DNA of 64,000 nucleotides from the human T2T-CHM13v2.0 reference genome, Homo sapiens: assembly GCF_009914755.1 (NCBI RefSeq), contig NC_060936.1. One strand, 5' to 3'. Shown here one piece after another: positions 41,601 through 55,400 of this stretch. How positions within the stretch are numbered: position 1 is the first letter of the stretch; every line of letters starts with the position of its first letter. The notes beneath the pieces are model-generated. The model searched no databases. It was not told the DNA's origin and was given only the letters and a program-made list of their open reading frames with translations. Made by a program: the position numbers and the translations under genes.

Positions 41601-44600
41601 TGACACTGCTGATAAAGACATACCCGAGACTGGGCAATTTACAAAAGACACAGGTTATTGGACTTACAGTTCCATGTGGCTGGAGAGGCCTCACAATCAT
41701 GGCAGAAGGTGAAAGGCACACCTCAAATGGCAGCAGATGAGAAAAGAGAGGTTGTGCAGGGAGACACCCATTTTTTGAAAACCATCAGATCTCATGAGAT
41801 TTATTCACTATCACAAGAACAGCACTGGAAAGACCTGCCCCTGTGATTCAATTACCTCCCACTGGGTGCCTCCCACAACACATGGGAACTCAAGATGAGA
41901 TTTGGGTAGGGACACAGCCAAACCATGTCACCTATGTATCTTATTAATTTTTTTTCAAAAAAACCTCTTTGATTCTTTAATGTTTTGAATAGCTTATCTT
42001 GTCTCATTCTTCTTCAGTTTGGCTCTGATTTTGGTTATTTCTTCTCTTCTGCTAGCTTTGGGGTTAGTTTGCACCTTGTTCCCTAGTTCTTTTAGTTGTG
42101 ATGTTAGGTTGTTAAACTGAGATCTTTCTAACTTTTGATGTGGGCATTTAGTGCGATAAATTCCCCTCTTAACACTGCCTTAGCTGTGTACCAGAGATTC
42201 CAATATGTTGTATCTTTGTTCTCATTAGTTTCAAAGAACTTCTTGATTTCTGCCTTAATTTCATTATTTACCCAAGAGTCATTCAAGAGAAGGTTGTTTA
42301 ATTTCCATGTAATTGCATGGTTTTGAGTGATTTTTTTTAGCCTTGATTTCTATTTTTATTGTGTCATGTTCTGAGTGTGGTTGGTGTGATTTTGGTTCTT
42401 TGCATTTGCTGAGGATTGTTTTATGTTTAATTGTGTGGTCAATTTTAAAGTATGTGCTATGTGATGATAAGAAGAATTTATATATTTTTTATATAAAAAA
42501 TATTTTTTTCGGAGAGTTCTGTAAAGGTCTGTCAGATCTGTTTGGTCCAATATTAAGTTCAGGTCCTGAATATCTTTGTTAATTTTCTGCATTGATGATC
42601 TGTCAAATACTGTCAGTGGAGTGTTGACATCTCCCACTATTATGGCGTGGAAGTCTATGCCTTTTTGTAGGTCTCTAAGAACTTGCTTTACCAATCTTGG
42701 TGCTCTGTGTTGGGTTCATATATATTTACAATAGCTAGATCTTCTTGTTGAATTGAAGCCTTTGCCATTATGTAATGCCCTTCTTTGTCTTTTTTAAAAT
42801 CTCTGTTGGTTTAAAGTCTGTTTTATCTGAAATTAGGGTTGCAACCCATGCTTTTTTCCCAATTTCCATTTTCTTGGTAGATTTTTCTTCCATTGCTTTA
42901 GTTTGAGCCTATGGGTGTCACTGTTGGTGAGACTGGTCTCTTGAAGACAGTGTAACATTGGCTTTTGCTTTTTTTCCAGCTTGCCACTCTATGCCTTTCA
43001 TTCAAGGCTAGTATTGTTATGTGTGGATTTTATCCTGTCCCCGTGTTGTTAGCTGGGTATTATTCTGGCTTGTTTGTGTGGTTGCTTTATAGTGTCACTG
43101 TTCTGTGTACTTAACTGTGTTTTTATATGAGCTGGTAATGGTCTTTCCTCTCCATTTAGTGTGCCTTTCAAGACCTCTTGTAAGGTGGGTCTTTGGTAAT
43201 AAACTCCCTCAGCATTTGCTTTTCTGAAAAAGATGTTATTTCTCCTTTGCTTAGTAAGCTTAGTTTGGCTGGATATGAAATTCTTGGTTGAAGATTCTTT
43301 TCTTTAAGAATGTTGAATACAGACCCCTAATCTCTTATGGCTAGTAGGGTTTCTGCTGAGAAGTTGGCCATTATCCTGATGGGCTTCCCTTTGTAGGTGA
43401 CCTGCCTTTCTCTCTAGCTGCATTTAACATTGTTTTTCATTTTGACCTTGGCACATCTGATGATTATGTGTCTTGGGGATAATCTTCTTGTGTGCAATCT
43501 TGCAGGGGTTCTCTGTATTTTCTGAATTTGACTGTTGCCCTCTCTAATGAGGTTGAGGAATTTTTCATGGGTGATATCCTGAAATATATTTTCCAAGTTG
43601 TTTGCCTTTTCCCCATCCATTTTAGGGATACTACTGGTTCACAGATTTGGGCTCTTACATAATTCCATATTTCTCAGAGTTTTTGTTGATTCCTTTCCAT
43701 TTTTTGTTATTTATTTTTGTCTGACTGTCATATTTCAGAGAACCAGTCTTCAAATTCTGAGATTCTTTTCAGCTTGGTCTATTCTACTGTTAATACTTGT
43801 CATCACATTGTGAAATTCTTGTCATGTGTTTTTCAGCTCTATCAGATCAGTTAGGTTCTTTTAATACTGGCTATTTTGTCTGTGAATTCTGTATCATTTT
43901 ATGGTGATTTTTAGTTTCCTTGGATTTCCTTTGCTGTTCTCCTGAATCTCAATGATCTTCATTCCTATCCATATTCTGAATTCTATTTCTTTCATTTCAG
44001 CCAACCCATCCTGGTTAAGAACCCTTGTTGAAGAACTAGTGCAGTTGTTTGGAGGACATAAGACACTGGCCACCTGAGTCACTGGAGTTCTTGCATTGGT
44101 TCTTTCTCATCTCTGCATGTGGGTGTTCCTTTAACTGCAGTGTAGATTGGGCATAATCAGTAGACTTCCTTTCTGGATGTTTTCACAGGGCCAAGGCTTT
44201 GTGCAGGGTCTTTATTTGTAGCTGATTTCCTGTCTTTGGTTTCACAGAGGGGTATGTTAGTGAGGTATTTTTGGCATTGAAACTTTGGTATGTGATCCAG
44301 TAGGTGGCACTTAGGCATAGTCATCAGCTGATAGATTCTTGGTCACTTGTGTAGCTCCCCTGTGTTTCTTCACAGTTCTAGCTCTCAGTGCTCTGAAAGT
44401 GTGGGCTCCTCTCCCACTTGAGTGCTGGCTGTAGATCATGACTTGGTACTCCTGGGCTGCCCACTGCAGCTCTGGGGTAACGTTTCCTCCCCAACTTTGA
44501 GGCAGCAGAGGAAGGGACTTTAGTAGTGGTTGTGCCAAGGGTCTTTTGTTTGTCTCCTGGGGTCTCCACCCCAGAGAGATGCAGGTCAGCAATCACTCAG

Positions 44601-44721
44601 TGTAATCAGCTTGGGATGGGGGGATCTGTGCTGTGGGTCCAAGCCAGAGGTTCCCTGCCTGGTGATGAGCAGGGCAGGTGGGTTGGATCTGTGTGAGATG
44701 AACGGGCCTTCTCTCCTGATG
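38680..44721 (-). mobile_element. Near full-length old L1PA (about PA13-type 3' end), ORF1 and ORF2 decayed
   Basis: Second 3' UTR; ORF2 peptides ([32 protein letters not shown]); ORF1 peptide (LENIFQDITHEKF...SPRHIIIR); TSD 'caagcaatt' at 37832-37840 and 44722-44730. Confidence 0.93.
41586..41930 (-). mobile_element. THE1B solo LTR inside L1 ORF2
   Basis: TG...CA ends with a perfect 5-bp TSD 'cctat'. Confidence 0.95.
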
Positions 44722-44858
44722 CAAGCAATTCCTATCAAAATCCCAGCCATTATTTTTTTTCTTTTTGATATTGGTAAACTGATTCTAAAATTTATATTGA
44801 AAAGGAACAAACTCTGAATAGCCAGTGCAATATTGAAGAAAATGAAAGTTGGAGGACA

Positions 44859-45174
44859 GGCTGGGTGCGGTGGCTTACGCCTGTAATCCCAGCACTTTGG
44901 GAGGCTAAGGTGGGTGAATCGCAAGGTCAAGAGATTGAGACCATCCTGGCCAACATGATGAAACCCCATCTCTACGAAAAATATAAAAATTAGCTGGGCA
45001 TGGTGGCGCACACTTGTAGTCCCAGGTACTTGGGAGGCTGAGGCAGGAGAATCGCTTGAACCCAGGAGTCAGAGGTTGCAATGAGCCAAGATTGTGCCAC
45101 TGCACTCCAGCCTTGCGACAGAGTGAGACTCCATCTCAAAAGAAATAAATACATAAATAAAATTAAAAAAGAAA
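44859..45174 (+). mobile_element. AluSc
   Basis: 'ggtcaagagattgagaccatcctggccaac'; TSD core 'ggaggaca'. Confidence 0.95.
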
Positions 45175-46924
45175 GAAAATAGGAGGACAGACAGTACTCA
45201 ACTTCAAGGCTTACTATAAAGCTATAATAAGACAGTGTGGTATTGGTGAAAGAGTAGACAACTAGGTCAGTGCAGCAGACTGGTTAGCCCCCAAATAGAC
45301 ACAAGCAAATATAGTCAACTGATCTTTGACACAGGAGTAAAGGCGATTCAGTGGAGAAAGGATAGCCTTTTCAACAAATGATGCTAGAACAATTGGTCCT
45401 CTACATGCAAAACAAACAAACAAAAAATCTAGACACTGACCTTATACCTTTCATCAAAATTAATTCAAAATATATCACAGACCTAAAGCGAAAATACTAA
45501 ACTATAAAACTTCTAGATGATAATGTAGGAGAAAATCTAGATGACCTTGTGGTTTTGTGATGAGTTTTTAGATATAACACCAAAAGAATGATCCATGAAA
45601 GAAAAAAATTGGTAAGTTGGACTTTATTAAAATTTAAAACTCCTGCTCTGTAAAAGGTACCTTCAAGAGAATGAGAATACAAGCCTCAGACTGGGAGAAG
45701 ATATTTGCTAAAGACATAGCTGATAAAATATTGTTATTCAAAATATACAAAGAGTTATTAAAACTCAACAATAAAGACACAAATAACCCAATTAAAAATG
45801 GGCAAAATACATGAAACATCACCCCACCAAAGAAGATACGGAGATGGCAATAAGCTTATAAAATGATGTGTGATAGCATATGTCATGAAGGAATTGTAAA
45901 TTAAAACAATGAGATATCGCTATCTAAAATTAAAAAAATATATGATAGTACCAAATGCTAGTAAAGATGTGGAGCAACTCTTATTTTTTGCTGGTGGGAA
46001 TGCAAAATGATACAGACATTTTGGAAGATGGTTTAGTAATTTCTTACAAAGCTAAACATAGTCTTATAAGATGCAGCAACAAGAGGATGGACGGTACTCA
46101 ACTTCAAGGCTTACTATAAAGCTATTATAATCAAGACAGTGTGACCACTGGCGAAGGAACAGACAAGTAGATCAATGCAACAGAATAGTTAGCCCCCATA
46201 TAGACACACACATATATACTCTAAAAATGTACTTCTAGGTATGTACCCAAATGAGTCGAAAATATATCCACACCAAAACTGCACATGAATATTTATTGCA
46301 GGTTTATTCATCATTGCTAAAAACTGAGAGAAACCAATATAGCTTTCAAGAGGTGAATGGGTAAATAAATTGTGGCACAACCATACAATTTATTCAGCAA
46401 TATTATTCAGCAGTAAAAATAAATAAGTTATGAAGCCATATGAAGATACGGAGGAATATTTAATGAATATTGCTTAGTAAAAAGAGGCAGCCTGAAAAGA
46501 CTATATACTCTATGATTTCTACTCTATGACATTCTAGAAAATGCTACAGAGACAATAAAAGATTTGTGGTTGCCAGATTTTCAAGGGAGGAGAGAGTTGA
46601 CTAGATGGAGCACAGGACATTTTTAGGGGAGTTAAATCATTTTTTACAATACTTTATCAAGGAATACATGGGATACATTTGTCAAACCCCATAGAATTCA
46701 CAACGTAAAGAGTAAACCTTAGTGTGAACTGTGAGATTTCAATAATAATTTATCAATCTTGGTTCATCAATTGTAACACATGTCTTACACTAAGGCAAGA
46801 TGGTAGTAACATGGGTAACTGAGAAGTGGGGAGAAGTGGTCTGTGGGAACCTTTTGTACTATCTGCTGAGTTGACTGTAAAACTAAAACTTCTCTAGAAA
46901 ATAAACTCCAGTAAATTTTAAAAT

Positions 46925-47055
46925 GAATTAGGGTGTTGGGAGACTGTATTTCTTTCTGGAGGCTGCAGAAAAAATCTTCATTTTTTTCAGCTTTTAGACA
47001 TCATTTGCATTTCTTGGCATGTGGCCCCTTCCTCTGTCTTCAGAACCAGCAAGGT
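46925..47055 (-). mobile_element. MLT1 LTR, second part (continuation of 33548-33680)
   Basis: 'ggtgttgg...ttctggaggct...ttcttggcatgtggccccttcctctgtcttcagaaccagcaa'. Confidence 0.8.
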
Positions 47056-48174
47056 GTACTTAAAAGTATATTACGTTAAAGAAAGGTGTTTCTTTTAAGA
47101 TAATTAGTTATCTTTCTATCTATCTCTGTCATCTATTTTTGTAAAACAGGAGAGAAACTTGAAGAGCTTGAAGAATGTTACCAAGAATGAAAAAGTTTGA
47201 AGATAGGGGAGTTGGAAGGAATACCTGGTAGAGGACATTCTTGAAGGTGTGGAAATAGAGTCTAGAACACAACTGAATAAAGAGAGCTCCCCATTTTGTG
47301 AGATTGGAGGTGAAGAGGGAAATTTGTGGAAAGAGGAACTTGGCAAGGATGACCAAGGTAATATCAATTTCTTGTTTTGAAGTAAAAATCAAGGTGTTCC
47401 ACTGGATTAAAAGTATTTATTGATTTAATGCTATACTTGTTTATTCGATAATTGGATACTAAATATAAGCCCTTTTTGATAATATGTGTATAGTTCAAGT
47501 AAAAAGAAATTAAAGAAAGAGGAACCTGAGTTTAATGAAAGAAAAAATATTTTTGCAGAAATTTATTTCAGGTATTCTTTGACATCTTGCAGAAGATGCA
47601 TCTGAATTTGCTTTTAATTTTAAAGAATACATCAGGCTGTTCTCAATCATCCTCTCCTCCTCAAGGTTATTCTTCATCTCAAAATTTAATGTCAAATGTT
47701 TTCATGCTTTGATACCAAAATATCTAGCTGATAATACCTACCTGAGTTCAATCTGTACGACTAAAATATTTTGGGAATATAAGCTAAAATTGGTCTGAAA
47801 AATCTATATGTATCCTCTACACTGAAAACTACCTCAAGAGACAGTGATAAGTATTAGAAGAATTTTTAATGATGAAATTACACACATTGCTTGTATGGTA
47901 TTTGTGGCAAATGGACTAAAAAAAGAACACATAGCAGAGTTCCAGAATTATAAAATAGTTAAATCTATTGTTAAGTATTTGTAATACTAGAAGCAGTAGA
48001 GGCCCAAAGGCACTGATAACATGTTGGATTATCAAAACTAATGACAACTTAGGGTTGGGCTATGTTTTTTGTACTGATGGTTAAATAAAGGGCTTCCTAA
48101 TATTTTGGGCAATTTCTTTGCACAAAATAATCCCAGAACAATGGAAAAACTTGATTTAGAAGAAGATTTTCATT

Positions 48175-48207
48175 ATCTATGTATCTATGTGCCAATATCT
48201 CTATCTG

Positions 48208-48264
<57 letters not shown>

Positions 48265-48385
48265 ATCTATCTATATCTATCATCATCATCTATCACTCTA
48301 TCACATCTATCTATCTATCATCATCTATCACTCTATCACATCTATCTATCTATCATCATCTATCACTCTATCACATCTATCTATC
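48175..48385. repeat. (TCTA)n STR followed by a 35-bp higher-order repeat in about 3 copies
   Basis: 'tatcactcta' recurs at 48291, 48326 and 48361. Confidence 0.96.
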
Positions 48386-48962
48386 CTTTTATTCAATGGC
48401 CATCTACAATGTACTTGATGCTGGGAATTTTCTGTGCTACCTCAATCATGCACAAGACCTACCTCTTCAAATCTTTCGTAAATCTAGGTACTTCGTTAAG
48501 TATTTGGTTTTCAAAGGTCTTCTCACTAAACAAAATCTAGTAAATCTAAGTAAATGAAAGGCATTCTTAAATCAACAGATCTGGAATTAGTAGGTGCTAA
48601 TTATCTATAATGATTGTCTAGCACATTAATAAAACATAAAAGGTGTGATGAATGCTATCAACAAGCTCAGGATGAATAAAAAGTTTGTTAAACTGCAATC
48701 TGAAATTTGTCAGATGTCACCAATTTATTACTTCAATATATCTTAAATGAAGTGAGAAACATACTAGTACTCTTATGTTGTAACTGATTTTTCTTATTTT
48801 CCCTATGTTCTTAGTGATTTTTATTCTATTAATTAAAAATTCTCTCATAATTTAGATTATAAATTCATGGGCCCCCAAAACTTTTATTTTGGATGCTAAA
48901 TAGGCATTCTAATTTTTTTTCTACTGTGCTTTATGTTTATATTTGCTTATATTTAAGTACTA

Positions 48963-49524
<562 letters not shown>

Positions 49525-49919
49525 GGATGAAGCTTAAGAAAAGACAAAGTGCTATACCTCTCAAGTTTTACACTTTATTAATTTCACTCCAGGCCTTTTT
49601 TGACTACTTTATTTAGCTTAAGCTCTTCATGCATATCAACATTATTTGAATAGCAACCCTATGCCAATCATTAGAGACACAAATATATTGAAGTAGAAAG
49701 ATAAATAAATTAACCGGTTTATTTAAACATTGGATTGCCATACAGTAAAGAACTAGATCAACACGAATTAAAAAATAAATTCAAAGAAAAGGTAAGTCAC
49801 ACAAGAATAAGAATGATATGCTACCATTTATGCAAGATTTTAAACACACAGAATAAGAATGTAATTATTTATGAATCGCACATACATAAAGAAACAGTAT
49901 GGAAACCTGTATGGAAATA

Positions 49920-50335
49920 AGAGAGTGAAAAAGAGACTAGAAATGTAAGGGCAAGTCCAGTCACAAAATACCCAGTAAGCTCAGTAAGAAATTCAGACAA
50001 TACCCCGAGAGGGATGGAGAGTCACTGAAGGGTGTTACAAGTTTGAGGAGAGGTGCAACGGCATGCATGGTATAATTAGGTGTGCGTTTTAGAGAAATCA
50101 CTCTGACTTCTGTGTGAAGAAGAGACTGGATGGGTATAAGATTGAAAGAACAGAAACCAGTTAGGAGGTTGTGATATTAATCCAGATGTATGATAATTGC
50201 AGCCAGAACTAGCATAGTTTAGTAAGAAAGAGGAAATTACGCAAATTTGAGAGACACAGAGACCTGATGACAAAGGACTTGATTAATTGATTCAGTAGGT
50301 GAGAGAGGGGGAAGAACTAAGAATAACTCAAGCCG
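49920..50335 (-). mobile_element. L2 fragment
   Basis: 'ttttagagaaatcactctgac...aaaccagttaggaggttgtg...atccagatg'. Confidence 0.7.
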
Positions 50336-50399
50336 CCTGTGATGTGATCAATCCTCTAAATCCAACAGAGTTTACAAGCAGTATGTAAGGTGAAAGAAT

Positions 50400-51170
50400 A
50401 CATTACATTACACCATGGAAATGCAATCAGTAAAATCCAGACTGTGGAACATTCCACACAACAAACCTCCCAAGCTCTTCAACAAATATTCTGCAAGTGG
50501 GAAAAGTATGAAGATGGAAGGAAAAGCCTATAGATCGGTGGCTCTCAACCACAGGTGATTTTGTCTTTGACAGGCCATTTGGCAGTTTGGAGATATTTTT
50601 GGTGATCACACCTAGGGAGATGCTATTGGTAACTAGGGGACAGAAACCAAGAATTATCTGGTAGGTGAGAGAGGGCGAAGGTGAGGTAAGAGAGGGGAAA
50701 ATCATCTGATTTTACACAGAACAGTCCCTTACAACAATGACTGGACTAAGAATGTCAATAAGATGAGGTTCAGAAACTGCCACAGATTACAAGATAATTT
50801 AAGAAGCATATCAACCAACCGTGATTTATGACCTTTTATATTAAGATATGTATAAAAATGACATTTATGAGAAATTTGAACATTGACTAGATATTTAATA
50901 AAAGTAAAAATTATCGTTATATTCTAGATGTGATGATAATGTTATTGTATTTAGTTTTCAAAAGTCCTTATTTCCTGAAATATATATGGAAATACTTACA
51001 AATTAGATTATATGATATCTAAGATTTGTTTCAAAATAATGTGGGAGGAAAAATAGATAAGGACAATTGACAATTGATGTTTATTAGGACTGGGTGAGGG
51101 TACATGGGGGTTTGTTACGTTATTCTGTCTTCTTTTGTGTATGTTTAAAAGTATGCATGACAAAAAAATA
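50400..51170 (+). mobile_element. L1ME-type 3' UTR, interrupted by MER20
   Basis: 'aaatccagactgtgg...atttgtttcaaaataat...ctgggtgagggtacatgggggttt'. Confidence 0.75.
50536..50781 (+). mobile_element. MER20 with internal purine-rich insertion
   Basis: 'cggtggctctcaacc...catttggcagtttggagatatttttgg...aatgtcaata...gaggttcagaaact'. Confidence 0.82.
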
Positions 51171-51279
51171 ACTCCAGCTTTCTGTTTTGCATCATACCAT
51201 TTGTTAAAACAAAGAAATATAAATCATTAAATCTTTGTCTTGTTTAAATTCTTCCTCCTTTTAAAAAAAAACCCAATTC

Positions 51280-52460
51280 ATATAATGGTATATATACTCC
51301 TTTATAATATGTTTTGTTAGCAGCAAATTGTTTTGAACATTTCTTCATATAATTAATTTTAAAAACATTAAAATGCTTCATGCTATTTTACATTATATAG
51401 GTATCATTCATGCATTTTTGCTTTAAAATAAAGTAGTAAAATAATTATGCATGTGAGCATGACTCTTGTGAGGGGCTCTGATTATTTACTCAAGATACAT
51501 TCTTCAATATAGAATTACTGAATTAAATATACTAATGTACATCAAACTATTAATATAACCTGCTGCCAAATTTCTGTCCCTATAATTATTATTGATCTAT
51601 ACTCTGAAACCATTGTACTAAAGTGAACATTTTGTTACACACTTACCTCTAGATATTATCATTTTTGTGAACTATTTTGTAATTAATTAAGTATAATGAG
51701 ATTTTATTTTAATTTTTTTTAGACTTTTTTTTAGCTGTTGTTTTTTGGACAACTAGAATCAATCATTGACATTTTAAAATTATTGTATTAGGCCCTTGAG
51801 TTTGAGACCAGCCTGGCCAAGGTAGCAAAACCCCATCTTTACTAAAAATTCAAAAAATTAGGTGGAAGTGGCACATGCCTGTAATCCCAGCTACTCATGG
51901 ACGCTGACGCATGAGAATAGCTTGAACCTGGAAGGCAGAAGTTGCAGTTGAGCTGAGATCACATCACTGCACTCCAGCCTGGGCAACAGAGTGAGACTCT
52001 GTCTCAAAAAATAAATATAAATAAATAAATAAATAAAAATAAAGTAATTCTATTATGCCTTTGAAATTGTCTTGGATATATAAAGAAATTTGGAGATAAT
52101 CCACATCTTTAAATTATTTTCTCTTCACAGGTAAAAGGTTTCTCTCTACATTCTTTCAATTTTCCTTAAGATTCCTTTGTAAAAGTTTCAGTATTATTTT
52201 GGCAGATATTGTACATTTCTTGTTAAGTTTATCACTGAGAATTTTGTGTTTTGTTTTTATTATGGATGAGATCTTTAAAATTTTCTGTCTATAATAACAT
52301 GAGAAATCTCTTGAGTTTTTATATTATATTTCCTTTCTGGTTATTGACATTTGCTATTTTTGTTTGATTTCTGAGATTAATGTTCTTGAGTCTTTGAATG
52401 AGGCAAATCAATAATTTGCATCTAATAATAATTTGCAGCCATCTTTCTGATAGTTAGATA
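51280..52460 (-). mobile_element. Decayed L1ME fragments (split by an Alu)
   Basis: T-rich L1 antisense motifs 'tagaattactgaattaaa' and 'tacatttcttgttaagtttat'. Confidence 0.45.
51791..52043 (+). mobile_element. AluS, lacking most of the 5' part of the left monomer
   Basis: Begins near 'gagtttgagaccagcctggccaa'; (TAAA)n tail. Confidence 0.93.
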
Positions 52461-55400
52461 ACTATTTTTGGGGTACAACAGATTTTCCAGAATCCACATA
52501 TAGACAGTATTTCTGCTTCTTGTTTAATGCGTAGCTCTTTCGTGTGGACTTTTAAAGGAATTTGAAATTAAATAGATTAAGTAAAATTATTTCAGATAAC
52601 AATACCTCAATAGGCACAAAGACAATCAAATGAAAAAAATTGAATCACCATGTTTATAATCTTCTAAAATCTGTATTCTTTACCCAAACTCTTTTCTCCT
52701 ACAATGTGATGGTGATATACTATCCACAATGAAAAATACCGAAACCTAAGACTGGAAGTGAGGAACATTATTTCTGGCAATAGTAAACATTTCTGGCTGG
52801 GGGTCGTAAAATAAAGTAGCTTGGTAGGAGCAGAGATGTCTTCGGGGAAGTAAACTGTGCGTCGTTTAGGTGGAGGAAAGCAGTGGAGATAAAGACAGCA
52901 AGAAGCCACATGGAAACTAGGTATTCTCAGATAATCGGTATCAGGATAACTGAAATCCACAACAATTCCCAGATCTCACTTTCTTATGCTCCAAGGAATA
53001 CACATTCTGTGTTGCCTACTGTATATTTATATAGATTAGTATTTTTCTCAGCTTGAATTTTGAAATATGAGCCACACAAATGGCAAGGTTTGCTGAAAGT
53101 ATGTATCTCTTAAAAACTTTAAACCTAGTAAGAACAGGTGAAAATACTTTTCACACAATGCTTTCTGGATAAATAAAAAAAACTATTCACTTTCAGAAGC
53201 ATTAAGTATTATAAACTGATGTATACCAAGTAAATGCTAAATGAATGTCAAATGAAATATAAACTATGAATGCATGTCTTTGTTTTTGTAAATAGTATTC
53301 TAACACCTTTAATGTTTTTGCATCTCGGTCATATGCTTAAATAAGGGTCACAATGGTAAAATACCTAGGAGAAGAAAATTTTATACTAAATTTCCAGTTG
53401 AATTATTGCAATGGACATGTTTGAAGAGAATCAAATTTTTATAATATCTTGTTCAGTTACAGCCCTAATCAAGTCTGCAAATCATGCCTTTCTATAATGT
53501 AAGATAAATGATTAAGGGTCCATTTTGTTATTAATTTCCATTAGCACTGATGAGAGCTGAGCACATGTATCAGAGGCAGAATAGACTCTTTAAGAACTAA
53601 GAAACATTAAATATATTAAACAGATAAGATATTTAAAATGTCTAGACTTTGATAGCACTTTCTTCAAGATCATCATAAGCAGAATACTGAAAGGTGTTAG
53701 CAATTCAATCAATGGAAGGCACCCCTTTTCTCTAACCCAGCAGTGAGAACAATTGCTCCTGAATGACAAAGAGGGAAGCTCTTCTGAAAATGCTATCATT
53801 TGGTTGTACCCAAAGCTCTTCTGCAAACACTGCCAACTACTTGTAGTCATTGAAGACTTTATAGCGCTAGAAAAATAAATGAACGTGAGTACCACATTGC
53901 TCTCCACCAACTTGTGCATGGATCTGTCTCAGTTCTGCAGGTTCTCTTTTGTATTGAGAAACTTGCTAGTGCTGCCTTCTGTTTTTCTGTTTTAGAAACA
54001 ATTTTCAGGATCTGTTTATACCAGCAGGGAGAAAGATATTTTCTTTGTAGGAGGCTGATGTACCAGGAATCCCTCATTTTGGTCCTATAGCTTCTACCTA
54101 GCTAATACCTATTAAGTAAAATTTTAAAAGAAACAATTCCAATAATGTCTATTTATTTCTTCCTAATTCTTTTTTCTTGTGAAACATCATGATGCCTATC
54201 TGTGGAGCTAAGATGCTGAAGTGGTCACCACACTTTCCCTTCACATATTTATTTTACCAAAAATTACTTTGAAAGTCTATGTGCAAGTCTAAAGATACCT
54301 TTTACTTTAAAACTTCCCCTGTTTATGTACAGAAAAATATTTTTTGCCAAGATGGCTTAGGAAAGGCAATACTAGCAAATGAAAACCTAAATTAAGGAAG
54401 AGAGAATAAATAAATTTTTAATCATACAAAATTTAATACTTATGTTAAGGAACAAAATATTAAAAGTCGTTTTATACAGAGTGAATTTATCTCAGAGCTG
54501 AATTCAAAGTTGGGCAGCTTTGAGTGATATGATAATCATGTTTTCCCCCTTCAGTTGTACTAGGGGATTGAAATTTATATACTCAATAACTAGAAAAGAA
54601 TCATAAAGGATCAGAGTGGAGGAACCTGTCTCCCTCCATTTTTTGCTGTCATTCCCACAGTGATTTTAATATTTTTCCTATGTCTTTGCTGATTTCTTCT
54701 GCCAAACATTGTTTTCAAATGCAGGCTGTTCTGAAATGAGTACTATAAACTGCATGTTTCTTAGCATATACACACGTTTTCCAGGTACTACAAGGAAATC
54801 TTGAACAACAAAAAATGAAAACATAGAATGGCCAAGTCTCCTGCCAGTTCTAAACTTTACTAAGCTGACTTTAAGTCTTACATTTAAACTATTTTTATCA
54901 CTTAACTCAAAGTTTTTATCTTTCTGAAACATAAAGGAAAAGAGAATCTTTCACAAACCAAACAACATCACATTTTCTTTATTTGTGGTTTTCAAATGTT
55001 TTGGGCAAAATTCCAGAAACACTTACAGGTTTTATGCATTTAATTCATGTTAAACTGGACTAGTGATTTATACAGTATGCTTGAGGTTTTCTTTTTCCTC
55101 TGAATAGTGGCCAGAAATATTGTTAATTTATTGAATTCTTTGTAGAAAGTGATGTGTGCATTATGTGGAAACAGTAAGGCAGCTACAATGTGTCATATAA
55201 ATAGATTCAATACCTTATGAAAAAAGTATACAACTTAAGGATAACTGGTCTTTTCTTGGATCAGATCAGAGATGTGACAAATGTTTCTTCTCGTTCAATG
55301 ATCATAGCATAATTGAAAGAGAAACAAAGCAGTGAGTGGCTCTAGCTTTGTAAGCCATTTCTGCAGCTGTATATAAACTACTGTAGGCATCACTTTCATT

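Noticed and set aside
38680-44721. Potentially active L1
   Set aside because: ORF1 and ORF2 are broken by many stops and frameshifts and by a THE1B insertion
48105-48557. 150-aa ORF with SIYL repeats
   Set aside because: Translation of the TCTA repeat
52735-52940. Small CpG cluster and 98-aa minus-strand ORF
   Set aside because: Only about six CpGs at moderate GC, so not a CpG island; the peptide has no recognisable family
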